From positions 5,184,001-5,248,000 of the forward strand of contig OZ245838.1 in the NCBI GenBank assembly GCA_965228735.1: DNA of 64,000 nucleotides, read 5' to 3'. The first letter of the stretch is position 1. Each line of letters opens with the position of its first letter. Below the pieces are notes generated by a model, which did no database searches, was not told the DNA's origin, and saw nothing but the letters and a program-made list of their open reading frames with translations. Both the position numbers and the translations under genes were made by a program. Shown here piece after piece: positions 20,566 through 30,416 of the stretch. This DNA is from Planctomycetota bacterium (lineage in GTDB: Bacteria; Planctomycetota; UBA1135; UBA2386).

Positions 20566-22062
20566 ATGAGTAATATTGAGCGTGATTCGCGAGTCGAGTT
20601 CCTCAAGCATCTGCGGTTTGTGCATTTCGCGCTTACGACCGTCTCGGTCACCCTCGCGCTCGTGCATATACCTATCCCGACGCCGGCGCGAACAGAGGGG
20701 GAGATCCGCGATATCAAGAATCTTCAAGACGCAATAAGTCGGCATACTTTGGGTAAGTTCGATAGCGATGCCTTGAGTCGTGAGAGGCACCCTCTTGGAT
20801 ACGAGATGCCGAGAAAGAGTGTTGTGACTTGGGAGTTTGAGATCGGAGATGAGAAGGTGCAGGTCAGCATTCCGCGCAGCGACTTTCACCGAGTGATGCC
20901 TCTGGACCCTTGGGTGGATTGGTTTGACGGAAGTGTAGGTAGTTTGGCGCCTTGGTACGGGGTGCCGCCGGGGTATACGCCAGCCCCGGAGGTCGCGCCA
21001 GCAATAGAGACGCTTGAGCAGATTGAGGGGTTTTGGAGTTACTACTTCAATGTCGTGGTTGTCGCTGCGAGCAGAGAGCTCTTTACCAACGGTAAGGGCG
21101 CGCCGCGAGAGGAATGTTTCAGAATATACGATAGCAATTACGAGGAGTTCGCCGACTGGATTAAGAGTGGTGAGGAGGAGCCGTGGGAAATCAAAAGTTG
21201 GGGATACCAGCGTCGGCTGCTGGAGATCACCTTCGGAGACACGAAGTTCCGCGCGTGCGGCCCCATTGCCGTTGAAGAGCCTGTATTGCCTCGCCGAGTG
21301 CGTGGCCGCTTTATTGTCGTGCTATCGAAAGAGCGTGGAGCGTTTCGTGCTGCGCGTCGGGCCGAATCAAGTAGTATGCCTGGGTCAGAGGGTCTGTACC
21401 TTCGGGGTTTTATTGTCCCGATGTCTACGTCGGCATCGAACTGGGGAACGTTTTTGAAGGGTCGTCCCGTAATCGAGATACCGATTGAGTGGGAGTCTTC
21501 CCCTGTCGATGTTCGGCAAGTGCTGGTGGGGACCCCACTCCGTGGCTCGAGGCTCGGCGCGGGCCCAAGGGCGTTCGGGGAGGAGTTTCCCTACCTCAGT
21601 GAGCTAGCATCACGAGATCCGTTGGCGACGCCAGGGGAGTTGGCGCAGGATGTGCGTCGCAGGATTCTGGATGAGGGTCGCGGGCAGTCCATTGCACCCT
21701 TCGGAATCGTTATTCCGCGTAGTACTTTGCGTGGGGCTGGAGCGTTGCTGATCGCTGGCGTGCAACTCTACTTCCTCTTGCATCTCGCGCATTATCGGAA
21801 GCGGTTTCGTCGGGAGCCGCACACTGGCGCATTGCCTTGGGTTGCCATGTACGACGACCCGGCATCTCGAGTCGCCACGGTCGTCTCGGTTTCAATAGTG
21901 CCGTTGGTGGCACAAATGTTAATACTGTTTAGGGGTAGGGAGGCGCTGCTCGGCGTTGATAGTTTACCGTTAGTGGCGGGCGCGCAGATTACGCTGATCT
22001 TGAGTATTGTCTCAGTGGTAAACTTGAGGCATCTGGCGATGGCGCAACGATTAGATGGTTAG
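20566..22062 (+). CDS. Hypothetical membrane protein (1 N-terminal TM, large loop, 3 C-terminal TM)
   Basis: Long ORF in visibly lower-GC DNA; GAGG before ATG; TATACT at 20485-20490. Confidence 0.7.
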   Translation: MSNIERDSRVEFLKHLRFVHFALTTVSVTLALVHIPIPTPARTEGEIRDIKNLQDAISRHTLGKFDSDALSRERHPLGYEMPRKSVVTWEFEIGDEKVQVSIPRSDFHRVMPLDPWVDWFDGSVGSLAPWYGVPPGYTPAPEVAPAIETLEQIEGFWSYYFNVVVVAASRELFTNGKGAPREECFRIYDSNYEEFADWIKSGEEEPWEIKSWGYQRRLLEITFGDTKFRACGPIAVEEPVLPRRVRGRFIVVLSKERGAFRAARRAESSSMPGSEGLYLRGFIVPMSTSASNWGTFLKGRPVIEIPIEWESSPVDVRQVLVGTPLRGSRLGAGPRAFGEEFPYLSELASRDPLATPGELAQDVRRRILDEGRGQSIAPFGIVIPRSTLRGAGALLIAGVQLYFLLHLAHYRKRFRREPHTGALPWVAMYDDPASRVATVVSVSIVPLVAQMLILFRGREALLGVDSLPLVAGAQITLILSIVSVVNLRHLAMAQRLDG

Positions 22063-22291
22063 GGCCAACGAGTTGTGTCGAGTGCGGCTAGCCATGTGTC
22101 CCGATGTGTCCCGAATTGTCTCGCGGGGAATGATCTTCGTGGTCGGAACGAGGGTCTTGGCGAGGCTCAGCAGATTAGAATGTACTTGGTGACCCACGAG
22201 GTGCGTGCCGACCGTCTTGCGCTTGCCTCGCTTCTCATATAGCGGTTTCCGGTCTTTTCCTCGTCGATGGGTGAGTTTGCGGTGACAGGCT

Positions 22292-22469
22292 CCTGCGTGC
22301 CGACGAGCCGCTTGAGCTGCTATCCACGCCGAGCCCACGATGCGGAATCCGAGTCCGTAGAGAAGCCCGTCGATCAGGCTGAGGCGGACTCTGTGGCCCA
22401 CAGGTTGCTTCGTGTGTTGCATCGTTGCTCCCAGCATCCAGTGCAGTGAGAGGGGGATGCGCTGGCGGG
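22292..22469. repeat. Direct repeat copy 1 (~180 bp), degraded copy of a small membrane-peptide gene
   Basis: Long near-identical core with 28694-28882 (gaatccgagtccgtagagaagcccgtcgatcaggctgaggcggactctgt...). Confidence 0.9.
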
Positions 22470-22535
22470 ACGGTTCGACGGACGCGCTGACGACGAACCC
22501 GGGCACGCGTCGATCCTCGCTGGCCGACCATGGCG

Positions 22536-23507
22536 CTAACCCGTCGTGGCCGGCGGCCAGTAGCGGGGCGTCGCGTGCAGGTTTTGCGGCCGGTAGTTGT
22601 CGGAGCCTTGGAGCTTGCTCTGGACGGATTCGTGGACCCAGTCGCTCCTACGCGGCCTTCGGACTTGCGATCCAAGCGGCATCCACATCGCCGTCATCGA
22701 GTCGTGAATTGGGGAGGAAGGGCGCTTGCGTTGCCTGACCACTTCATTGGCCTTGAAGAGCAGTCCGTGGCCGGCGGCGCGGTAGATCATCCACTGCAGC
22801 GCGATGTTGGAGAGGCCTCGGCGCTTGTAGCCACCGCCGATGTCGGAATGGACGCCGGCAAACCAGACTTCTAGGACACGCTTCTCTTCGGCCTTCCAGC
22901 GCAGCACCGGGAACATCTTGCGGCGTTCGTCGATCGCCATCGCGTGGTAGCCGGCGACCACGTTCGCAGCGAGGTCGCGGTCGCCGAATTCGTCATCCAG
23001 GGTCGACTTGACGGTGTCCCATGCACCGATCATCTCGATCGAGATGTCGAAGGACTTGCCGTCGGTGCGCAGCTTCTTCGCCGCGCGCTCGTCGCGGTTG
23101 TCATAGATGTCCCACGCGCGAGCCTCGTCCGAGGCCTTCTTGGTGAGGCCGCAGAGGTCGAGCATCCCGCTGAGCCGCCGCACGATGTATGCGCCGCGGC
23201 TGAACCCGAGCAGGAAGACGCGGTTCTGGTACGGTCGCCACCCGGGCATCGCGAAGCGGCTGCGGAGGAAGCTGTACCCCGCCTTGATTCGCTTCTCACG
23301 TCCGGTGCCCGCGACGTTGCCCGCGATCGCTTCGTACTGCCGCGTCCCGACTCCCTTCTCGTAGTGGACGGCCTGGGCCGGGCGGGTCTCGCTGGCGCGG
23401 GACGAGCGCAGGACGGCGTCCTTGAACAGCTTGACGTTGGTAGGAACGGACGGCTCGTTGCCCGTTCCGTCGCAGAGGAACACGAGGTTGCGGCGCAGGC
23501 CACTCAT
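22536..23507 (-). CDS. DUF2235 (Tle1-like alpha/beta hydrolase)
   Basis: LVFLCDGTGN, GFSRGA, GAWDTV, HAMAIDERR, WFAGVHSDIGGGY. Confidence 0.92.
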   Translation of the reverse strand: MSGLRRNLVFLCDGTGNEPSVPTNVKLFKDAVLRSSRASETRPAQAVHYEKGVGTRQYEAIAGNVAGTGREKRIKAGYSFLRSRFAMPGWRPYQNRVFLLGFSRGAYIVRRLSGMLDLCGLTKKASDEARAWDIYDNRDERAAKKLRTDGKSFDISIEMIGAWDTVKSTLDDEFGDRDLAANVVAGYHAMAIDERRKMFPVLRWKAEEKRVLEVWFAGVHSDIGGGYKRRGLSNIALQWMIYRAAGHGLLFKANEVVRQRKRPSSPIHDSMTAMWMPLGSQVRRPRRSDWVHESVQSKLQGSDNYRPQNLHATPRYWPPATTG

Positions 23508-23893
23508 CGGCCGGCTCTTGAGCGGGTCGGGTGCTCGGTTGGCAATGTCGTACTCGTGCTGTCGCCGTCGTCCTCCGCCTCGACCCAGCACCAGATCTCC
23601 ATGGTCGTCGGTGCCCACAGCCCCAGCGTGAAGATCGGCGCGATGTCGTACAGCAGGCATCGCCCAGTCGAGACCGTGTGCATGCCGCGGCACGACTCGT
23701 TGCACGGGATGTGATCCGTATCGCTCCACGAGAAACCCCAGTAGGAGCCGTGGAACAAGAACTCCTGCGAGCTCTCGGCCTTCTCGAAGCCCGCCAGAGC
23801 GGTCGAGTCGAAGACGTCGAACGTCGTGCACGACGTCGCGAGTGGGAGGATCATGCAGACCGCAGACAGTCTGCCTACCTGAGTGATCGTCAT
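23504..23893 (-). CDS. Bor/Iss-like lipoprotein
   Basis: Lipobox-like LATSC; C...FTLGLWAP..MEIWC resembles Bor ITLGIYTP..ARVYC; ATGA-coupled to the DUF2235 gene. Confidence 0.6.
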   Translation of the reverse strand: MTITQVGRLSAVCMILPLATSCTTFDVFDSTALAGFEKAESSQEFLFHGSYWGFSWSDTDHIPCNESCRGMHTVSTGRCLLYDIAPIFTLGLWAPTTMEIWCWVEAEDDGDSTSTTLPTEHPTRSRAGR

Positions 23894-24133
23894 GGCGAGG
23901 GTGGGTTGGAAGCGACGGACGGTTGTTTTTATGGCGCCTTCGGACGGTGTGGCTGGGGTGTTACTGCGGTGAGACCTCGGTGACGCGGATCCTCGCTGTG
24001 CCCTCGTTGTTCTCGTAGAAGAACCAGGGGCCGCTCGGGCACAGGTAGCAGGTCACGTCGTTGACGCAAAAGAACAGCCGCCCGGTTCGCGCGGCCTTGA
24101 AGACCATTCCGGACTCGATCCGGTGTCGTTTCG

Positions 24134-25497
24134 GGGAGTGTGCAGCTAACGGTGTAAACGGCGACCAGCTGGCGGAGTGAGGTCACGGTTACAGGGCAGG
24201 TATCCTGCCTTGAAAGAAGATAGCGAGCTGCCCGAGGACGGCGCTCCAATTCCAGAGCGCACGCGTCCACTTCTTCTCGAAGCGACGCAGCGCGAGGTAG
24301 AGCAGCTTGGTGACGGACTTGTCGTCCGGGAAGTGGCCGCGGTACTGCAGCAGCTTGCGCAGGCTCGAGTTGAGCGCCTCGATCTGGTTGGTCGTGTAGA
24401 TCACGCGCCGGACCTCGGGCGGGAAGTCGAGGAACGGCACGACACGCTCCCAGTTCGCTCGCCAGGACGAGGTGATCATCTCGTAGCGGCGGCCCCACTT
24501 CTTGTCGAAGGCATCCAGCGCTGCCTCGGCGGCTTCACGGTTGGCCGCCGTGTAGATCGGCTTGAGGTCCTTGGCGACGGCCTTGCGATCCTTGTAGCTG
24601 ACGAAGCGCAGCGAGTTCCGGATCATGTGCACGATGCAGGTCTGCACGGTGGCCTGCGGGAACACGTGCTCGATCGCGTCCGGGAAGCCCTTCAGGCCAT
24701 CGCAGCACGCAATCAGGATGTCCTGGACGCCCCGCGTCTTCAGCTCGTTCATGACCTTCAGCCAGAACTTGGCGCCCTCCGTCTGCTCGATCCAGATCCC
24801 GAGGACTTCGCGGCGGCCGTCGAGCGTGACGCCGATCGCCAGGTAAACCGACTTGTTTCGGACGACGCTTTCGTCGCGCACCTTCACGACGAGCGCATCG
24901 AGGAAGACGATCGGGTAGACCGGCTCGAGCGGCCGGCTCTGCCAGGCCAGGACGTCTTCGTGGACCGCCGACGTGGCGCTCGAGATCAGCGATGGCGAGA
25001 CCTCGACGCCGTACAGCTCCTCCAGGTGGCCCTGGATGTCGCGGACGGTCATGCCGCGGGCGTAGAGCGCCAGGATCTTCTCGTCGAAGCCCGCGAAGCG
25101 TCTCTGGCGCTTCTTGACGATCTCGGGCTCGAACGTGCTGTCGCGATCGCGCGGCACCTCGATCTCGAGCTCGCCGTCCTCGACCTTGATCGTCTTGCTG
25201 CGTGATCCGTTGCGCGCGTTGCTCGTGCCCTCGGCACGCGGTGCGTGCTTCTCGTAGCCGAGGTGCTCGGTCATCTCGCCTTCGAGGGCTCGGCCGAGCA
25301 GCCGGGCCGTCAGCTCCTTGAGGATGCCGTCCTTTCCTGTCAGGTCTTCTGGCTTCTCGTAGTTGGCGAGGAGCTGGTCGATCAGCTCGTCCGGGATTCG
25401 GTGGCGGTCATTCTTCTTCGGGGTCATCGGTGGGCTCCCTACGGGTCAGAGGATCCCACCAGCCGTCACGCGAATACACCGTTCATCGCACACTCCC
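24134..25497 (-). mobile_element. Complete IS256-family insertion sequence
   Basis: Imperfect terminal IRs gggagtgtgc..aacggtgta; 8-bp target duplication tcgtttcg at 24126-24133 and 25498-25505. Confidence 0.95.
24189..25427 (-). CDS. IS256-family (Mutator-like) DDE transposase
   Basis: VPRDRDSTFEP, VFLDAL, CCDGLKGF, QTCIVH, IYTTNQIE. Confidence 0.97.
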   Translation of the reverse strand: MTPKKNDRHRIPDELIDQLLANYEKPEDLTGKDGILKELTARLLGRALEGEMTEHLGYEKHAPRAEGTSNARNGSRSKTIKVEDGELEIEVPRDRDSTFEPEIVKKRQRRFAGFDEKILALYARGMTVRDIQGHLEELYGVEVSPSLISSATSAVHEDVLAWQSRPLEPVYPIVFLDALVVKVRDESVVRNKSVYLAIGVTLDGRREVLGIWIEQTEGAKFWLKVMNELKTRGVQDILIACCDGLKGFPDAIEHVFPQATVQTCIVHMIRNSLRFVSYKDRKAVAKDLKPIYTAANREAAEAALDAFDKKWGRRYEMITSSWRANWERVVPFLDFPPEVRRVIYTTNQIEALNSSLRKLLQYRGHFPDDKSVTKLLYLALRRFEKKWTRALWNWSAVLGQLAIFFQGRIPAL

Positions 25498-27423
25498 TCG
25501 TTTCGCGTTCGGCGATCCAATCGAGACCAGAGGCACGAACCACGGCAGCGCCGGTTCGCGCTTCCACCATCGCAGGCACTCCATGAACAGCGTGGAGTCG
25601 ACCTTCAATCCGGTCTCGTCGGCCGCGAGAGAGCTGTCCGACCAGCCATCGACGTCAAGGATCTCGATCCGGTAGCTCCTTCCACGGACTACGGCGTGCG
25701 ACGTTGCCTGCGCCGGGTTCTTGGTCTCGAACTTGATTTCGGCGACTTCGTCGATCGGCAGCACCGGCAGTTGCGCCTCAATCGGCGTCTGGTACGGGAG
25801 GACGCGGGCGCCGCCTACGATCTGAACTCCCAGCCATCCGATGGCGAGTATGGCGAGCCCACCGGTGAGGTGTGCGATACGCAGGCCTGCGCGAGGCGCC
25901 GGCGCAGGTGGCTCCAGTTCCTCGGGCGCGACCTCGGCCTCACCGTGCTTCCAGGCTGCGGTCGCTGCCCTCGCGTTCTCATTCATAAGTCGCCCGCGCA
26001 GCAAGACCATGCCCACCAGTGCCGCGGTGAACAGCAGCGTGTAGAACGGTTCCTTGCGCATCGCTGCGATCCAGTCCGATACGAGCTCCGGTGTGTTGTC
26101 CTGCAGGAATGTCAGCAGGTGGCCGATGCCGAGCAAACCCCACTCCGGCTCGATCCAGGCTTCGGAGCGCCAACTCAGAATCGCTGGCCACGACACGAGC
26201 AGCGCCGTCCAGGCGAGGAGCCCCACGTAGAGTAAGCGTCGTTTTGTGTACACGCGCGCGAGTGCCTTTGTGGAGTCTTCGTTCGGACGCGGGCCGGCTG
26301 AAACGGCGTCCTCGACCTCGAACTGCGCGGGTAGCACTCGCGGCGCGTAATCGAGGTGACTGCGCACGATGCGATCGAGCACGCTTTGGTGGACCAACGG
26401 AATCGCCGCCGAGGCGGTGCAAGTCGCGGCGACTTGCCGCGGGCTGTAGCGGTAGTAGACGGCGAGCCCCGAACGGGAGTCGTGCATCGAACCGAGCGTG
26501 TTGACGTGCGCCCGGATCTGATCGCGTTTGGCCTGATTGAAGCGCAGACCGCGAGACTCGGCTTTGCTCATCATCCAGTCGAGCGCCACGTACGACAGCG
26601 AGTCGCGCGGATACCCGCCGCCGACATCGGAGTGCATGCCGGCGAACCAGACCTGCTTGATCTCCTGCTTATGGGCCGCCGTCTCGGACTCGTCCCAGAG
26701 CACCGGGTGGAACGTTTTGCGCTCGTCGTCGATCGAGAGGGCGTGGTAGCCGTGCCGGATCTTCGGCGACGGCTTCTGGTTGCCGAACCTCGTCCACGCG
26801 TGCTTCCCGATGACGGGGAGCCAGGCAAAAGCCTGCATGGCCCAGGCGATCCCCTCTTTGACCTCGTCGATCGGAAACCCGTAGGCGTCGACCGTGTCCC
26901 AGACGCCGACGAAGTGGATGTCCCGGAACCGGGTGTCGCGCTCGATCTCCGGCTTGCCGCGCAGGATCGTGCGGTGCGTCTTCCTGTAGGAAAGCCAGGC
27001 GGCGTTGACGCGCCGCTTGAGATCGCGCCCTTCTCCGGGGTCGATGATCCCCGCGTGGGCGATCATGCCCGCCAGGCATCGCACGGTGAACGCGCCGCGG
27101 CTGAAGCCGAAGAGGAAGATCTGGTCGCCGTCGCGGTAGTTGCGCGCCAGCCACTCGTAGAGGTTGCGCACGTTCCTCGCGAGCCCATAGCCGAACGCGC
27201 CGCCGATGAGCGCCAACCACGACTGATCGCTCGTCCCGACGCCATCGCTGTGGATCGCGAGTTGCGATGGCCCCGGGTCATCGCCTTCTCCGCTCCGGTG
27301 GTCCAGCGAGTCGAACGTCCGGAACACGTTGGTGCCGCGGGCACGACCTGCCCGGTTGCCCGTGCCATCGGAGCACAGGACGAGGTTGCGATGGTGCATA
27401 TCGAACTCCTTCCTGGAGCGTGC

Positions 27424-28584
27424 CTACTGCACGTAGTTGACGCGAACTTGCCCGTTGGCGGTTAACACGATCGAGACATGGTCGTCTCCAGTTGGATCCG
27501 CATGTCCCTCTGGTCCGGACTCTTCGTGGTCCCACTCATCGTCGCCCTCGTGATCGCCCCGATCTGTTCGGAAGATGTTGGCGAGGGGGACTTGGTTTGC
27601 CAGATAGCGCTGGGCCGCTGCTGATCGCGGGTGTTCGTGCGCGTGGCCTGCGGAGAACACGACGTGGGTAGGGGAGACGGCCTGGATGAACGCCGTGGAG
27701 CTCCCATTGTCGGCGCCGTGGTGCGGGGCGATCAGCACGTCTGAATCGATCGTCACTGCCGGTGAGTAGTCGACCATGTGCCTTTCCGTTGCGATGCACA
27801 CGTCGTTCGGGTCGTCGATGTGGCGTCCAACGGCGTCTCCTGCGAAGAGAACGGAGCGGTTTCGGTAGGTCAGGCGCACACAGATGCTGCCCGCGTTCCG
27901 GCGTTCGCTCAGGCTGTTAAGGTCCCAGTCGTCGGGCGGTTGGTGGAAGCCGCAAAGGAAAGTGACGAAGACATCGCCGAAACGAAGTGTCGCCCCGGGC
28001 CGGACCGTCCGATGGGCGAGGTTGATGTCCTCGCAGTCTTCATGCTCGACTTCGATGGCGATTGCTTCGTTCGCGTTGCGCCATGTCGCCGTCGTTCGAG
28101 GCAGGCCAGTGCGAAGCACACGGCGGACTGTGTAGGCATCCAAGATCTCGTCGACAGCGCCGAGGTGATCGGCATCGCTGTGACTAAGGACCATGATCTC
28201 GATCTCCTCCGCATCGTCCTCGATGAAGTCTTGGATCGCTTCGAACGAGCGATTGCCGCCGCCGGAGTAGTGGCCAGCGTCATAGATCATGTAGCGGTGC
28301 GTTGTCTCTCCTGGCAGTAGCGGCAGCCGCGCGACGCAGGCGAGCCCGGCGCCGATGTCGAGGACCCGGATCTCAAGGTCGCCTGGTCCTTGCGGCGCTG
28401 GGGCGACGGTTTCCGTTTGTGCTGCTCGATGCTCGTGATCACCCCACGAGATCGTCGTAGACAGCTGGCACGCGCCGAGCGCGACAAGCAGCAGTGTCGA
28501 GAATGCGGTCCGAGCGATGTGTTGGAACCGGACGACGACAGACACGGGCCTGTCGGCCCGCAGCGAATGGCGTGCGACGCTCAT
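27424..28584 (-). CDS. ComEC/Rec2-type metallo-beta-lactamase-fold hydrolase, likely lipoprotein
   Basis: LDIGAG, SHSDADHLG, FAGDA, PHHGA, HEHP; lipobox LGAC; AGGAG before ATG 28584. Confidence 0.88.
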   Translation of the reverse strand: MSVARHSLRADRPVSVVVRFQHIARTAFSTLLLVALGACQLSTTISWGDHEHRAAQTETVAPAPQGPGDLEIRVLDIGAGLACVARLPLLPGETTHRYMIYDAGHYSGGGNRSFEAIQDFIEDDAEEIEIMVLSHSDADHLGAVDEILDAYTVRRVLRTGLPRTTATWRNANEAIAIEVEHEDCEDINLAHRTVRPGATLRFGDVFVTFLCGFHQPPDDWDLNSLSERRNAGSICVRLTYRNRSVLFAGDAVGRHIDDPNDVCIATERHMVDYSPAVTIDSDVLIAPHHGADNGSSTAFIQAVSPTHVVFSAGHAHEHPRSAAAQRYLANQVPLANIFRTDRGDHEGDDEWDHEESGPEGHADPTGDDHVSIVLTANGQVRVNYVQ

Positions 28585-28693
28585 GACTCTCCTAGGTTGT
28601 GATGACTCCGCGATGAACGCGGACACCTCCCACAGGGGGAGAGGCTACACCGACCGTGGCCGCTGAGGGAACCCCTTCGCGAGGAAGAGGTTG

Positions 28694-28882
28694 CCTACGT
28701 GCCGACGAGCCGGTGAACTGCGATCCACACCAAGCCCACGATTGCCGCGGCAGCCCAGAATCCGAGTCCGTAGAGAAGCCCGTCGATCAGGCTGAGGCGG
28801 ACTCTGTAGCCCACAGGTTGCTTCGTGTGTTGCATCGTTGCTCCCGGCATCGAGTGCAGTGGGAGGGGATGCGCTGGCAGGG
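28694..28882. repeat. Direct repeat copy 2
   Basis: Matches 22292-22469. Confidence 0.9.
28695..28835 (-). CDS. 46-aa membrane peptide
   Basis: GGGAG SD; MQHTKQPVGYRVRLSLIDGLLYGLGFWAAAAIVGLVWIAVHRLVGT*. Confidence 0.6.
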   Translation of the reverse strand: MQHTKQPVGYRVRLSLIDGLLYGLGFWAAAAIVGLVWIAVHRLVGT

Positions 28883-29096
28883 CTGCGGGGCAGATAAGTG
28901 TGCCGACGGGAGCTACGGGAAAAGGGGAAGAAGGAGAGTCAGTCTTTGCGTCCGTCGAGCGGACAACCCCCGGCACTTGTGTGTCGCGGATGATAGCACG
29001 TCGCTGGGTTCCGCGCAGTCGCCGGCGCCAGCGGGCGTGCCTCTGGCCTTCTCCGTGAACGCTACTGGAGGGCGCCCGTGTCGCGGTGGCCCGGGG

Positions 29097-29447
29097 TCAC
29101 GCGAGGGCGGTCGCCACAAGCGCCTGCACGCGCTCGAGCGCGTCCCGTAGCCGTTCCCGCTCGCTCTCGACCTGCTGAACCGCAGCGAGCACGTTCGCCG
29201 GGCCCGTCGAAGGCGCGGTCCTCGGTCGGCGCGCGCTGCGTGTGGCGTTCCCCTTCGACTTCTTGCCTCTGCCGCGAACCTGGTAGACCAGCGGTAGCGA
29301 GCAGCCGACCTTCTTCGCGATGTCGACCGGCGCCACTCCGGTTTTCAGCAGCGCACGGATCTGATCCGACTTCGAGTTCGGGTTTCTGGCCACTGGCTTG
29401 CGCCGAGTCTTCCGCTTCTTCGCGGTCGTCTTCTTTCGTGTCGCCAT
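29097..29447 (-). CDS. Small basic HTH-like DNA-binding protein with C-terminal coiled coil
   Basis: K/R-rich N-terminus; KSDQIRALL..G....DIAKKVGCS..LVYQV. Confidence 0.7.
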   Translation of the reverse strand: MATRKKTTAKKRKTRRKPVARNPNSKSDQIRALLKTGVAPVDIAKKVGCSLPLVYQVRGRGKKSKGNATRSARRPRTAPSTGPANVLAAVQQVESERERLRDALERVQALVATALA

Positions 29448-29714
29448 CGTAGTTGGATTCTTCGCGTGGCGTTGTGGCGACGCGACAGTTCTGTCCGGAA
29501 ATCGGTGACCGAAAATCGAACGGAAGTCGGGCTACAGCCCCGGCTCCTCTCGGATGGGAATTAAGGGCGTGGCTACTTTTTGTTGGAGCTGTCCATGTTG
29601 CGGCTGTGAAGCAGCTTGCAGTTGCGCGGCGTTCGCTTGCCTGTCCGTGTTCGCATGGCGCTCTTAAGGGGGTGGCGTAGGAGTCAGTGGACCCCGTCGG
29701 AAGAAAAGGCCCCT

Positions 29715-30233
29715 ATGAATCGAGACGCGACTGCGAGATCTCATGGCGCTGAGTTGTGGAGTCAGCTTCCAGCGCGACTGATGGCGTGGCAGCGGTCGAA
29801 GGCGGCTGACCCCAGGCTTGACCTCGAGAACGAAGTCGCCGAGACCGTTGGGTTGGCGTGGGATCGCTTCGGTGATGACCCGTGCGTCCGCGATGTGACT
29901 CGATGGTCGCGCAAGGTTCTGTCGCGGCGGGTGCAGCCGGCGCGTCACGCGCTCCGTCTTCGCACGGTCACGGACCATCGGGTTGAAACCCTGGTCGACG
30001 CCGCGCCAAATGCGGAGCAGCTGGCGGAAGCACGTGAGTGGATCGACACGGCACGGGCGATGCTCGCGGAGGGCGAGCGGCACACGTTTGACCTGATTCG
30101 GCAGGGGGTTACCACAAACACGGAGATTGCCGAGATGCGGGAGGCGTCGCTGCGATGCGTGGAGAAGTCGAGGCTTGCGGTCCGGCGGTGCGTGGAGCAG
30201 TTGTCGGGCAGTTTTCCTCACTTGTGCGGGTAG
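29715..30233 (+). CDS. Divergent ECF sigma-70-like protein
   Basis: DLENEVAETVGLAW (region-2-like); L...ER..F.L...G..N.EIA (region-4-like). Confidence 0.55.
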   Translation: MNRDATARSHGAELWSQLPARLMAWQRSKAADPRLDLENEVAETVGLAWDRFGDDPCVRDVTRWSRKVLSRRVQPARHALRLRTVTDHRVETLVDAAPNAEQLAEAREWIDTARAMLAEGERHTFDLIRQGVTTNTEIAEMREASLRCVEKSRLAVRRCVEQLSGSFPHLCG

Positions 30234-30416
30234 AGGGCCTCTCAGCCCTTTACATAGGTGATGAGAACGAGATCCATCGCTGGCGAGCATCAGACTCTCT
30301 CCCCATTTCAGCACTCGAGAGTTGTTGGCCAAGGGAGCGCCCGCTCCTTTGGGATTGCCCGGACTCGCCGGGTGCTAGGCGGCGGATCGAAAGGTGGTCT
30401 CGCCGAGCTGACGCGA

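Larger units (their letters stand above)
23961..27399 (-). pseudogene. DUF2235 hydrolase with TM segments and C-terminal beta domain, interrupted by IS256
   Basis: CSDGTGN, GFSRGA, WFAGMHSDVGGGY. Removing the IS restores ...PNAKR-HRIESGMVFKAARTGRLFFCVND...FYENNEGTARIRVTEVSPQ* with stop at 23961-23963. Confidence 0.88.

Noticed and set aside
14349..22062. Integron cassette array
   Set aside because: Mixed orientations, no recurring attC-like sites, no IntI
27424..28584. Competence gene comEC
   Set aside because: Only the MBL domain is present; there is no multi-pass competence channel domain
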